DNA of 64,000 bases from Candidatus Latescibacterota bacterium (GTDB lineage: Bacteria; Latescibacterota; UBA2968): NCBI GenBank assembly GCA_965204745.1, contig OZ242010.1, forward strand, positions 1,376,001 to 1,440,000, written 5' to 3'. Shown piece by piece: positions 28,468 to 38,019 of this stretch. The notes beneath the pieces were generated by a model that was not told the origin of the DNA, did not search any database, and worked only from the letters and a program-made list of their open reading frames with translations. The stretch's first letter is position 1. The number at the start of each line of letters is the position of its first letter. Made by a program: the position numbers and the translations under genes.

Positions 28468-28555
28468 TACGTCTTGCCTCTTACGTCTTGCCTCTTACGT
28501 CTTGCCTCTTACGTCTTGCCTCTCACCTCTTGCCTCTTACGTCTTACGTCTCACC
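28464..28555. repeat. Degenerate heptamer tandem (CTTGCCT/CTTACGT)n overlapping the folB stop
   Basis: ctcttacgtcttgcctcttacgtcttgcctc...; same family flanks IS110 copies 1-3. Confidence 0.85.
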
Positions 28556-28890
28556 TCCACTTCAACGCCATCGAAGTTGACGGGTACTGGTGGGTTGGGT
28601 TTTCGCACGCGCACCAGCAGGTTTATCAAGCCCAATTCCGATTGCAAGACGTCGGCGATGCGGTCCGCCAAGGCTTCGATCAGGCCGAATCGCTCGCCTG
28701 TCACCACTTGCTCAACCAGCGTGCAAACGTGCGGGTAATCCACGGTTTGCGGGGGATTGCCGCGGGCGAATCCGCTAAAGTCGCCATAGACCTCGACATC
28801 GACCTCAAATTTCTGGCCGAGTTTGGCTTCTTCTTCAAACAAGCCGTGGTGCGCGTAAAAGGCCATGTTTTTGATTCTGAGAATGTCCAT
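28537..28890 (-). CDS. folB: Dihydroneopterin aldolase
   Basis: FYAHHG..EE..LGQKFEVD, TVDY, LIEALA, VRKPNPP. Confidence 0.92.
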   Translation of the reverse strand: MDILRIKNMAFYAHHGLFEEEAKLGQKFEVDVEVYGDFSGFARGNPPQTVDYPHVCTLVEQVVTGERFGLIEALADRIADVLQSELGLINLLVRVRKPNPPVPVNFDGVEVEVRRKT

Positions 28891-28902
28891 TATGCGTCCC
28901 TT

Positions 28903-29877
28903 TCACGTTTGCACAAAGGGCAATGCGACCACTTCGGCTTGGGCATTGTCCGAGAGCAACACCCGTTGCCCTGCCTCGTGATACCCTCGGCGCATAATGG
29001 CGAGCGCGATGATGCGATTGAGGCCGAGTGAGTTCACGCACGTCGTGATGCGGCCAACGGGTTTGCCATTGACCGTCACATCGCCGCTCGTTGCGTGATT
29101 CAGCAACAGGCCGGTTAGGTAGCGGCGAGGGCGCCCGCGAAAGTGCATTTTGGCGATCACCTCTTGCCCGATGTAGCATCCCTTGTCAAAATCCACCGCG
29201 CCGTACAAGCCCGCCTCGAGGGGCGCGACCGACTCGTCGATCTCCGCGCCGTATCGGGGAATCCCGGCTTCAACCCGAAGGATTTCCGCGACCTGTTGCC
29301 CTATCGGCGTCCCCCCGGCTGAGACGAGGGCCTGCCACAGGGAATCGGCACGATCTCGCGCAATGTGGAGGTCGCATCCCGGTTCGCCGGTAAATGACCG
29401 CGCCGTGACCCAAACCGGGACACCCTCAAAATCCCGCACAAGCGTATGGTGTTCGGGCAAATCAGGGGACACGTTGCCGACGACTTGACCGAGCACGGCT
29501 CGGGCTTCCGGCCCCTGCACCCCAAAAATTGCCCACGCATCGGATTCGTCTGACAGCGCGACATCGTCCGCGATCAAATACCGATCCAGCGTGTCGATGA
29601 GTTTTGCAACAAGCCCGGCCTCTGTTTCCAGCCAAACGCCGTTTTCCAAGCGGTGGACCCAAACATCCAACAGGGTTTGTCCCCGTGCGGACACGACTGT
29701 TGCGTAATTGCCTTGGTTTTCAGCCAGGGATTCAACAGCGTTGGTGACCATGCCGTGCAAGAATCGCAGACAATCCGCCCCGGTTGCACGCACTTTGCCC
29801 CGGTTGCTACGGTTGAACACCCCCGCGCCTTCCCGAACAGCGCGATACTGCGTTTCCACATCTCGAAGCAATGTCAT
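28903..29877 (-). CDS. YgfZ/GcvT-like folate-binding aminomethyltransferase family protein
   Basis: FLHGMVTN, LRVEAGIP, KGCYIGQE signature. Confidence 0.9.
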   Translation of the reverse strand: MTLLRDVETQYRAVREGAGVFNRSNRGKVRATGADCLRFLHGMVTNAVESLAENQGNYATVVSARGQTLLDVWVHRLENGVWLETEAGLVAKLIDTLDRYLIADDVALSDESDAWAIFGVQGPEARAVLGQVVGNVSPDLPEHHTLVRDFEGVPVWVTARSFTGEPGCDLHIARDRADSLWQALVSAGGTPIGQQVAEILRVEAGIPRYGAEIDESVAPLEAGLYGAVDFDKGCYIGQEVIAKMHFRGRPRRYLTGLLLNHATSGDVTVNGKPVGRITTCVNSLGLNRIIALAIMRRGYHEAGQRVLLSDNAQAEVVALPFVQT

Positions 29878-29949
29878 AGATGCTCCTTTCTTTTGTGGAT
29901 GCCATTATCATTCTGTTGCCTAATCCGCGCAATGTCTATATAATAAGCG

Positions 29950-30004
29950 GTCAGTTGTCAGTTGTCAGTTGTCAGTTGTCAGTTGTCAGTTGTCAGTTGT
30001 CAGT
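29950..30004. repeat. (CAGTTGT)n heptamer array, continuing as (CAGTGGT)n after the IS at 30632-30668
   Basis: About 8 units seen directly. Confidence 0.9.
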
Positions 30005-30631
30005 GGCGTTGTTGCATAAATGTTGTCGTGGCTAAGTTCGTCCCTTTCCCGCTAGATTTAAGCCCCTCTTTCTATGGGATAGGACACGGGTTTCGCGCTC
30101 ATCATCAGGCGATTGAGCACCGCACATCCTAACCGCGCTTCCACATTCAAATCGCCCTGTCGCCGGCAGAGGGTCGTATGATCGGGCACGCGCAAAGCCA
30201 CCCCCATCAACGCCAGGATGGACGTGAGAAACCCCTCGGTTTGACGCAGGGGCAAGGCAGAGACCAAGCGCACCATCAACGCCGTTTGAATAGCCAAATC
30301 TGAAAAGGTGTTTTGCCTCCCCCGTTGCGTTGGCCCTTGATGGTACCACCCCCGAAGAGCTTGCGGCGTGATCCAAAACGTCAGACTGCCCCGCTGCTTG
30401 AGACCGGCCTCGTAGGCCGCCCAGTTCCGAACCCGATAGACAGGCTCACAGCGCGGGCGACGAAGGCGACGAGGGGCCTTGACGGCGGTCTTGGAAGCGG
30501 TTATCTTGGGCATGACAGGTTCCTGGTGAGAAAGGGTGAGTGGTTTCGGTGCTCCATATGCCCAATCTACGAAGGAGCCTGTCTTTTTGCAATCCCAACT
30601 CGCAGGCAATAGCGATTTATGCAACAACGCC
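30005..30631 (-). mobile_element. Internally deleted IS5-family (IS903-group) element, 627 bp
   Basis: Perfect 17-bp TIR GGCGTTGTTGCATAAAT; 9-bp direct repeat GTTGTCAGT on both sides. Confidence 0.9.
30058..30513 (-). pseudogene. IS903-type transposase lacking its DDE core
   Basis: YRVRNWAAYEAGLKQRGSLTFW...LPLRQTEGF...PDHTTLCRR joined in frame to the C-terminal EARLGCAVLNRL. Confidence 0.85.
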
Positions 30632-30713
30632 GTTGTCAGTGGTCAGTGGTCAGTGGTCAGTGGTCAGTCCTCTCAACCCCCAGTCCCGCTCGTGGCTAAA
30701 CCATCTACGTCTT

Positions 30714-31892
30714 ATGGAATCCGAACGCAATATTCTCGATCACCTTTCCGTTCTCGCACGTTGGCGGCGGATGATTTTTTTTTGTGTTTTTGCGGTCACG
30801 CTGGTCACGGCCGGGATTTCCCTGATCTTGCCCAAAGCGTACCGTGCGTATGCCACGGTCTATCCCCCGCAGGAAACCGGCAGTGGCCTTGGCGGGTTGT
30901 CTGCCCTGTTGCAAGAACTGCCCATCAACCTGATGGGCTTGGGCGGCGCGGCCATATCCGCGATGGAATTTGTACCTGTGGTGGAAAGCGAAAGCGTGCG
31001 TTTGGCCGTTGCCAAGCGGTTTGACTTGGGCGCGCACTACGAGGCCAGTCACCAGAGCGAGTTGCTCGACATGATCGCCCAACGCCTGATCATCGACCTC
31101 TCGCGCGAGCAATTTCTCACCATTTCCTACGAAGCCGACACCCCTGAACGCGCGGCGATGTTGACCAATGCCTTTGTCGAGGAACTCGAAAACGCCCTCC
31201 AGCAGCGCAACCAGCAACAGACGCGCACGTACCTCGCCTATCTCACAGAACGGCTCAAAGAAGCGGAACGAGACATGCTCGATGCCGAGCGACGGTATCG
31301 GGATTTTCAGAACGAGCACATGGTCTTAAACGTAGAGGCCCAAGCCACGACCCAGTTGGAAATCGCGTCCACGCTCATCAGCCCGCTCGCAGAGTTGATC
31401 GTCAAGCGCGACGTGCAAGCGCAACTGATGACCGCAGACAATCCCAAACTCAAAGCCCTCGACCTCGAAATCCAAACCACGCGCCAAGTGCTCGACGATT
31501 TGCTCATGGGACAATTCCCGGACACCCTGAACACCGCGGACCCCTCGGCGCAACTGCCACCGGTTTTCAAACCCTTTCGGCACCTGCCCGACTTGGGCCT
31601 GACCGCGTTGCAACACCTCCGGGAGATTCAAATCCAAAACGCCATCTATCAATTCGTCAAACAAGAGTACGAAAAGACCCGGTTTGAAGATGAAAAAGGC
31701 AGCCATCTCGTCATCGTCTTAGACCACGCCCGACCTCCGGACACGCGCAGCTATCCCCGCCGCACCCTCATGGTCGGCCTCGCCGGCGGGCTTAGTCTGA
31801 CATTGAGTTGCGTGCTGGCCTTTGTCTTTGAAGCGATGCGGAACTTGACTCCGGACAACCGGGCGAAACTCGAGGCCATTGGAAAAAGGTAA
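30714..31892 (+). CDS. Wzz/GumC-type polysaccharide chain-length determinant
   Basis: N-terminal TM plus PKAYRA, coiled-coil periplasmic region, VLDHARPP..RSYPRR plus C-terminal TM; stop abuts IS110 copy 2. Confidence 0.85.
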   Translation: MESERNILDHLSVLARWRRMIFFCVFAVTLVTAGISLILPKAYRAYATVYPPQETGSGLGGLSALLQELPINLMGLGGAAISAMEFVPVVESESVRLAVAKRFDLGAHYEASHQSELLDMIAQRLIIDLSREQFLTISYEADTPERAAMLTNAFVEELENALQQRNQQQTRTYLAYLTERLKEAERDMLDAERRYRDFQNEHMVLNVEAQATTQLEIASTLISPLAELIVKRDVQAQLMTADNPKLKALDLEIQTTRQVLDDLLMGQFPDTLNTADPSAQLPPVFKPFRHLPDLGLTALQHLREIQIQNAIYQFVKQEYEKTRFEDEKGSHLVIVLDHARPPDTRSYPRRTLMVGLAGGLSLTLSCVLAFVFEAMRNLTPDNRAKLEAIGKR

Positions 31893-31909
31893 GATACTCT
31901 CTTAAAAGG

Positions 31910-32917
31910 TCAAGGGGTTTTCGGGGTGATTCGATAGAATTTTTCGCCCTCAAAATCTTGGTCATGGCGCAACATGCCCCAGATCGAATGGAGCAACTTT
32001 CGCATCACCGCAACGATAGCCTGCAAAGGTTTCTTGCCGCGGGCGATGAGTTGGTCATAGAAGGCTTTGACATGGCCTTCGTGTCTGATGGCCACCCAGG
32101 CAGGCATATAGAGGGCATGGCGGAGGTACTTATTCCCGGTTTTCGAGATGCGTCTTTGTGGATTGGCGGTTCCGGATTGTTTGGGTTTGGGATCCAGGCC
32201 TGCATGTGCGACCCACTGGGGCGGTTGCATCTCCTCTGGCAAAAGGGTCAACTCGGCCAAGAGCCGCAAGGCACTCGTTTGCGCGATGCCAGGCGTCGAG
32301 CAGAGGCGTTGGTAGGCACGCTTGAGGGGCTCATCGTGCAAAACGAGATCGAGGGCTTGGCTTTCCAAGTATGCAATCCGGCGTTTGAAGTGTCGAATAT
32401 TCACCTGAATATCGCGTGCGATGAGACGTGTGCTGCGGATGTGGTAGCTCTGCGCGTGGTTGCGGCTCTGTTCGCGGATGATCTCCTGCTTGAGTTGGTC
32501 AATGCGTCTGGTGAGGGCTTGCAGTTGAAGCCGTTGCTCGCTCGGCGCTTGCCAAGGCACAAAAGGCATGCGCTCGGCATAGTCGAGGATCAACAACGCA
32601 TCCTTCGCATCCGTCTTCGCCCGTTGCATGCAGGCTTGGGCGTACTTGCTCATCGCTTTGGGATTGACGACCATGACCTTTGTGTGGCGATGCCGATGCA
32701 AGGCCAAGGCCACCCCCAAACTGTAAAGCCCGGTCGCTTCGAGGCACACAGAGACCATGTGCCCGCCCTTCGTGAGCCACTTCAGCAACCGCTTATGCGC
32801 TTGGGGATCATTGGCAAAGGTCGCTTGCATGACAGCTTGTCCGGGTCTGGACAGGGCAACGGACAACGTGCGGGCACTGACATCAATGCCGGCAAAAGCG
32901 GGGTGAGATTTCGACAT
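31910..32917 (-). CDS. IS110 DEDD recombinase/transposase
   Basis: Translation identical to copy 1. Confidence 0.95.
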   Translation of the reverse strand: MSKSHPAFAGIDVSARTLSVALSRPGQAVMQATFANDPQAHKRLLKWLTKGGHMVSVCLEATGLYSLGVALALHRHRHTKVMVVNPKAMSKYAQACMQRAKTDAKDALLILDYAERMPFVPWQAPSEQRLQLQALTRRIDQLKQEIIREQSRNHAQSYHIRSTRLIARDIQVNIRHFKRRIAYLESQALDLVLHDEPLKRAYQRLCSTPGIAQTSALRLLAELTLLPEEMQPPQWVAHAGLDPKPKQSGTANPQRRISKTGNKYLRHALYMPAWVAIRHEGHVKAFYDQLIARGKKPLQAIVAVMRKLLHSIWGMLRHDQDFEGEKFYRITPKTP

Positions 32918-32985
32918 GGGGGCCTCCTGTGATGAGGGGGTTGTAAGGGATCTGGTGCGCGCTCGGGGTCGCGTCCCGACCATTG

Positions 32986-33168
32986 ACGCCAAGTCTACCG
33001 GTCTTGTATATGCAGCCTCAAGGGGCTTAGATACTCTTCGGCATAGACCCGGCGGTCGGGGGGCCTATCTTACCTACAAGGTCATCGCCTTCAAGAGGGG
33101 CCGGCCTTCCCCGAGCCGGGCATCAAGATGGCTTATCTCGATACGAGGGCGCAACTCCTAATTAACCC
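32986..33168 (-). ncRNA. Predicted bridge RNA of IS110 copy 2 (ends approximate)
   Basis: Same sequence as 49130-49312. Confidence 0.8.
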
Positions 33169-33240
33169 TTACTTCCAAGATACAAGAGGGGAGAGGCAAG
33201 AGGCAAGAGGCAAGAGGGGAGAAGTGAGATGGGAGTTTAT

Positions 33241-33635
33241 TAGGTTCTGTTGACATTTAGGAGCAAAGCAACTGGCTTGAGCGGTTTATCGAGAAAATCA
33301 CGCTCTATCGCAGAATAGGCTCTCGGTTTGAGAAACTGGAATAGTCGCTCCTTATCGGGACCTACCCCCCTAACCCCCCTTCCTGCGAGGAAGGGGGAAC
33401 TGTGAGCGGTTTTGCGAGGGTATTGATGAGGGATTTTTAATCGCTTTATGCCCTCACGCAACACCATCAGAGCAACTAGAGCGAGAAGCCATTAAAGGCA
33501 CTTTACTCCCCTTTCCTCGTAGGAAAGGGGCCGGGGGATAGGTCCCCTCGGTCAACGCCATCAGAAAATGAGCAAGAAGCAACACAGTTGCTACTCTGTG
33601 CGTAACGTGAAAAAATGAAATGTTAACACAACCTA
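33241..33635. mobile_element. Complete MITE-like element with imperfect TIRs flanked by TA
   Basis: TA-GGTTCTGTTGACATTT ... AAATGTTAACACAACC-TA; non-coding interior with three hairpins shared with 8441-8902, 56559-57006, 57900-58024. Confidence 0.75.
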
Positions 33636-33817
33636 GCCACAAAAGCCACGAGCGGGGTACAACTGGCGACAGCCAGTTCAAAGGTGAGCGATACATGGAG
33701 GGGCGATGCCTCCGTGCTCGCCCAAAGCTACAAGAGACAAATCGCACTGAACGGGAATGTGAAACGCACATGGCGGAGAGGGGACGAGGAAGGGATCGCA
33801 CTTAACGAGGAATTTCC

Positions 33818-34876
33818 ATGTCTGATGAAAAACCGAATGCCGTGCGCGACTTGCGTTGCGAATCACCCATTCTCACCACGACTGTGGGATCGTATCCCCT
33901 GCCCGATTGGCTCTTGGGTGCGGCTGGGGAGACCGCGGTTGTCGATGCCACGTGCGTGATTTTTGACACGCAACGACAGGCCGGCATCGACCTGCCCACG
34001 GATGGCGAGTTGTACCGATTTGACGTCAACCATCCCGAAACCAATGGCATGATCGAATATTTTGTGCGCCCGATGGGCGGCACGCGCGAAGATCTTGGTC
34101 GGTCAGAAGTCGAGGCATTTCGCCGGCAACACGCGATGGATTTTCGCGCCAAGCCCGCTGCGGTTGTCGAGAGCGAACTCGCCGAGGGCACGCTCGATCT
34201 GTTGTCCGATTGCACACGCGCGGCAACGGTGGCGGGTGGCCCGTTCAAATTCACCTTGACCAGCCCGTACATGCTCGCCCGCACGTTGCTCGACAAGTAC
34301 TACGGCGATTTTGAGGCCCTGCTCATGGGCGTGGCGAATGTGCTGGCCGATCAGGTGCGCGGCCTGCCCTGTGCCTGTGTGCAGATCGACGAAGCCAATA
34401 TCCCAGGCAATCCCGAAGACGCGCCTATCGCGGCCCGCGCGATCAATGCGGTGCTCGACGCGGTCGATCCCGGCACGGAAAAAGCCGTTCACTTTTGTTT
34501 TGGCAACTACGGCGGGCAGACGATCCAACGCGGCACCTGGCGAGACCTCATCGCATTTCTCAACGCCCTGCACACCGATCACCTCGTGCTCGAACTCGCC
34601 CATCGCCCAGACGACGATTTGATCGCCCTCAAGGAAATCGATCCGCGCATCCAACTCGGCATTGGAGTGGTGGATATCAAAATCAACCACATCGAAACCG
34701 CCGAACAAATCGCCCGCCGCCTCGACCATGCAGAACGAGAACTCGGCCCGGGGCGCGTCGCCTTCATCCATCCCGACTGCGGGTTCTGGATGCTCAAACG
34801 CTCTGTCACGGACCGCAAAATCGCGGCCCTCGCACAGGGCAGAGATCTGTATTTGGGGAAGGGAATCGCGGATTAA
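33818..34876 (+). CDS. Cobalamin-independent methionine synthase II family protein (catalytic domain only)
   Basis: TTTVGSYP, TDGE, VQIDEA, Zn ligands HFC...E...PDCG; 352 aa, no N-terminal MetE half. Confidence 0.85.
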   Translation: MSDEKPNAVRDLRCESPILTTTVGSYPLPDWLLGAAGETAVVDATCVIFDTQRQAGIDLPTDGELYRFDVNHPETNGMIEYFVRPMGGTREDLGRSEVEAFRRQHAMDFRAKPAAVVESELAEGTLDLLSDCTRAATVAGGPFKFTLTSPYMLARTLLDKYYGDFEALLMGVANVLADQVRGLPCACVQIDEANIPGNPEDAPIAARAINAVLDAVDPGTEKAVHFCFGNYGGQTIQRGTWRDLIAFLNALHTDHLVLELAHRPDDDLIALKEIDPRIQLGIGVVDIKINHIETAEQIARRLDHAERELGPGRVAFIHPDCGFWMLKRSVTDRKIAALAQGRDLYLGKGIAD

Positions 34877-35062
34877 GCGGATGAAAGGGATTATAAAGAG
34901 CGATGGCACGCTTAGAAGCCGGCTCAAAATTATTGGGACCTACCCCCCGTTATTCGCATCGCTCATCGTAGGATAACGCCTGTGCCTACGAGGTAGGGGC
35001 ATCGTTCGTTTTAAGACAGTTTCTGAGACACTTGTCCAAATGTCCAAAAAAAAGGAGAACAA

Positions 35063-36286
35063 ATGGTTAAGGCGCGTAAAAAAAAGTCGGGAAAACGTTC
35101 CCGCCGGGCACAATCCTCAAACTGCAAAGGTATCCGTTCAGAACGTGCCCTTCGGAAGTCTCTGCTCGCTGTTGGCATTCTCTTGGCGATCATGGTCCGC
35201 TATCTACTGCTACCTTTTGAGTCGAATGATTATCGTGTCATTATGCTGTGGTACGACTTTATCGTTCAGCACGGTCACTTTGCCGCGCTGAAGTACGATT
35301 TTGCCCCCTACAATGTCTTGTATTTTTATTTTTGGGCGACGGCTGCGTATTTTTTTCCCGATCTCCACTCATTTCTCGCCATCAAGATCATCTCCATAAT
35401 TTTCGATTTTGTCCTCGCCTTTTTCGTCTATCGATGCGTGCGCCTCAAATACCGCGAACCGAACGAGGGGGCCATACCGATTCTGGCCGCGCTGACCGCG
35501 TTGTTGGCACCCACGGTGGTTCTCAATAGCGCGGGGCAAGTGGACGCGACCTATACCTCCTTTTTGGTCGCATGTCTGTATTACTTGCTCGCCGGACGCC
35601 AAGCCGCGGCGTTCATCGCCTTTGGGGTGGCGTTCACCTTCAAATTGCAATCTGTTTTTCTCGCCCCGTTGTTACTGTGGTTGTTGGTAAAAAAGGAAGT
35701 GAATTGGCGTTATGTTTGGTTGAGTCCCGCGGTGTACTTGGTCTTCATCTTGCCCGCTTGGTTTATCGGCAGACCCTTCGCGGATCTGCTCATGATCTAC
35801 TTTGGGCAAGCAGACGAGTTTCGGTATCTCAACATGAACGCGCCCAATTTGTATCAATGGATTCCCAACGCCTATTACGATTTCTATCCGGTCGGCATGG
35901 CGTTCACCGCGATGGTCGCCTTGGGCATCGCCTATTTTGTCTATAAGAGCCGGGTGAAGATCACCGCGGATCGCCTCGTTTTCCTGGCGACCTTCTCTGT
36001 CCTTGTCATGCCCTACTTTTTGCCCAAGATGCACGAACGGTACTTCTTCCCGGCTGACGTCATCGCCATCATTTTGGCTTTCTACTGCCCGCGTTACTGG
36101 TATGTGCCGGTGGTCATCGGCTCCGTGTCGTTCCTTGCGTACAGGTCCTTTGTGCACATGCCCTTTCTGTTCAACATAGCCATTCTCCCGCAGTGGCTAC
36201 CGGCTGTGCTGTTGCTCCTCATCGCGGTTTTGGGGCGACAATTTCTGCTGATGTTTTCGAATAAATCATCAACTCATGAAAGGTGA
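35063..36286 (+). CDS. Polytopic GT-C glycosyltransferase, paralogue A1 (mannosyltransferase-like)
   Basis: DY..WY, KIISIIFD, PTVVLNS.GQ.D, KLQ, PKMHERYFF; multiple TM helices. Confidence 0.75.
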   Translation: MVKARKKKSGKRSRRAQSSNCKGIRSERALRKSLLAVGILLAIMVRYLLLPFESNDYRVIMLWYDFIVQHGHFAALKYDFAPYNVLYFYFWATAAYFFPDLHSFLAIKIISIIFDFVLAFFVYRCVRLKYREPNEGAIPILAALTALLAPTVVLNSAGQVDATYTSFLVACLYYLLAGRQAAAFIAFGVAFTFKLQSVFLAPLLLWLLVKKEVNWRYVWLSPAVYLVFILPAWFIGRPFADLLMIYFGQADEFRYLNMNAPNLYQWIPNAYYDFYPVGMAFTAMVALGIAYFVYKSRVKITADRLVFLATFSVLVMPYFLPKMHERYFFPADVIAIILAFYCPRYWYVPVVIGSVSFLAYRSFVHMPFLFNIAILPQWLPAVLLLLIAVLGRQFLLMFSNKSSTHER

Positions 36287-36289
36287 GAC

Positions 36290-38008
36290 ATGAACGCGCC
36301 CAACCCCCATGTCGGCAAGTTCTACGCCCTGGCCACCGCAGGCGTGTTCCTGATCGCCGCGTACCTGTGTTTGGTCAATCTCGACTATGTCGCGCTGTGG
36401 CACGACGAAGGCCCCGCCGCTGTTCAAGGCAAAATTTTGCTACAACAAGGCGACATCATCGGGTGGGATGGGCGCAATTTGGTTGAGCACACCATGCTCA
36501 ACGAGGACTTGCGTAGCGTATTGCCGCCGTTGATGTACGCGCTCAACGCGGTGGGGTTCGCCATCTTTGGGGTTAATGAAACCGGCGCACGCATCGTCCA
36601 CGCATGCATCGGCATTGCCGCACTCGGGGTCTTCTATTTGTTGTTGCGCCAGCACCTTCGATGCCACCCGCGCTTGGTGTTCTTCATCTTTGTATTCGTC
36701 GCTTGGTCCGCGCAGTTGTTGCTCTACTTCCGCCAGTCGCGCTACTTTTCGATGATGGTGCTCGCGCTACTACTGATCTTTTATCTGTACGAACGCTACT
36801 GGCAAAGCAAAAATCCGGTGTATCTCCCAATCGCTATGATAGTGGCCGCGCTGGCGTTTTTCAATCATTACGCCGGTGGCGCGGCGACGATGCTGTCGGT
36901 GGTCGCCTATCATATCTTTTTTCGCGGACGGGCGACATCGCGGCGGGAGTGGGCACTGTTCGCGCTCTGCGGCGCGGGGGTCGTCGCTATGGGCGCGTGC
37001 TACTTGGCTTGGCTCGGCGTCCTCGGCGGCGAGCGCAGTGGCTTTCTGGATTTTGCCCCCCAAGAGATCGAGCCGTACCGGGGATCCCTCTCGCCCCTCG
37101 TCCTTTTTCTTGTGAAAATAGGTGTCTATACCCGGGAATTGTTCACCGCGGACTGGATTTCATGGCCGGTGTGCCTGTGGTTCGCGGGGGTCATGGTACA
37201 CGCTTGGAGGAGCAGAGACAAACCTGCGCGGCGACGAGATCGCCGGCGGCGTTCTTCGTCCCAACCACCGGACGACAATTTTCCACTAACCGCAGTGGGG
37301 AAAATCATCCTGATGGGCACGCTGTTCGCGCTGTTTTCGGCGATGCTATCCGGGCAACCGATATGGGAGCATTTTGCCGCGGACCTGCGCTATTACGTCG
37401 GCGCGTTGCCCCTGCTGTTGGCGATGAAAGGGCTGTTCGTAGAATGGGTTTGGCGCAAGCATGTCGTCGCAGGCGCGGCAGTGCTTTGCGTACTGCTGTT
37501 CTCCAGCATCGGCTCGATGCCGTTCAACCTCAAACATGCGTTCACCTACAAAACCACCCTCGGCATGCACTTGTTCCAATTCGTCCGCGAGATACATCGC
37601 CCGTACCGCGATCCCATCACCGCGGCTTCCGACTACCTGCTACAAAACGCCGCAAAGGACGACTTGGTGTACGTGCCGCGTTACGCGGATCGCGACGTGC
37701 TGACGTTCTACGCAGGCGACCATGTGCGGTTCTGCTGTTTCTTGGATGAGAACGCGCCGCTACCAAGGGAAAAGATAGCGGCGTTGCAAGCCCCACTCTA
37801 TCTTAAAGAGAACGCGCCGGACTGGATCATCGGCTTTGGCTTCTTGGCAAAGGCATGGTTGGAACAGTTCGCGGCGCGCTATGAGGTCGTTGCCAAGTTG
37901 GATGTTTTCGCCTATCCCACGCAACGGCCAGAGTTAAACGCACACGCCTTTTCTCCGTTAGATGCCGGGCAAAGCGGCGTGATTATCATGAGACGCTTGG
38001 ACGAGTAG
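36290..38008 (+). CDS. Polytopic GT-C glycosyltransferase, paralogue B1 (ArnT/PMT-like)
   Basis: LWHDE after TM1, PPLMY, E.GAR, RQSRYF. Confidence 0.75.
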   Translation: MNAPNPHVGKFYALATAGVFLIAAYLCLVNLDYVALWHDEGPAAVQGKILLQQGDIIGWDGRNLVEHTMLNEDLRSVLPPLMYALNAVGFAIFGVNETGARIVHACIGIAALGVFYLLLRQHLRCHPRLVFFIFVFVAWSAQLLLYFRQSRYFSMMVLALLLIFYLYERYWQSKNPVYLPIAMIVAALAFFNHYAGGAATMLSVVAYHIFFRGRATSRREWALFALCGAGVVAMGACYLAWLGVLGGERSGFLDFAPQEIEPYRGSLSPLVLFLVKIGVYTRELFTADWISWPVCLWFAGVMVHAWRSRDKPARRRDRRRRSSSQPPDDNFPLTAVGKIILMGTLFALFSAMLSGQPIWEHFAADLRYYVGALPLLLAMKGLFVEWVWRKHVVAGAAVLCVLLFSSIGSMPFNLKHAFTYKTTLGMHLFQFVREIHRPYRDPITAASDYLLQNAAKDDLVYVPRYADRDVLTFYAGDHVRFCCFLDENAPLPREKIAALQAPLYLKENAPDWIIGFGFLAKAWLEQFAARYEVVAKLDVFAYPTQRPELNAHAFSPLDAGQSGVIIMRRLDE

Positions 38009-38019
38009 AGACGACGAGT

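Larger units (their letters stand above)
31892..33186 (-). mobile_element. IS110-family element, copy 2
   Basis: Same as copy 1; reconstructed target CTCCCCT-CT-TACCT. Confidence 0.95.
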
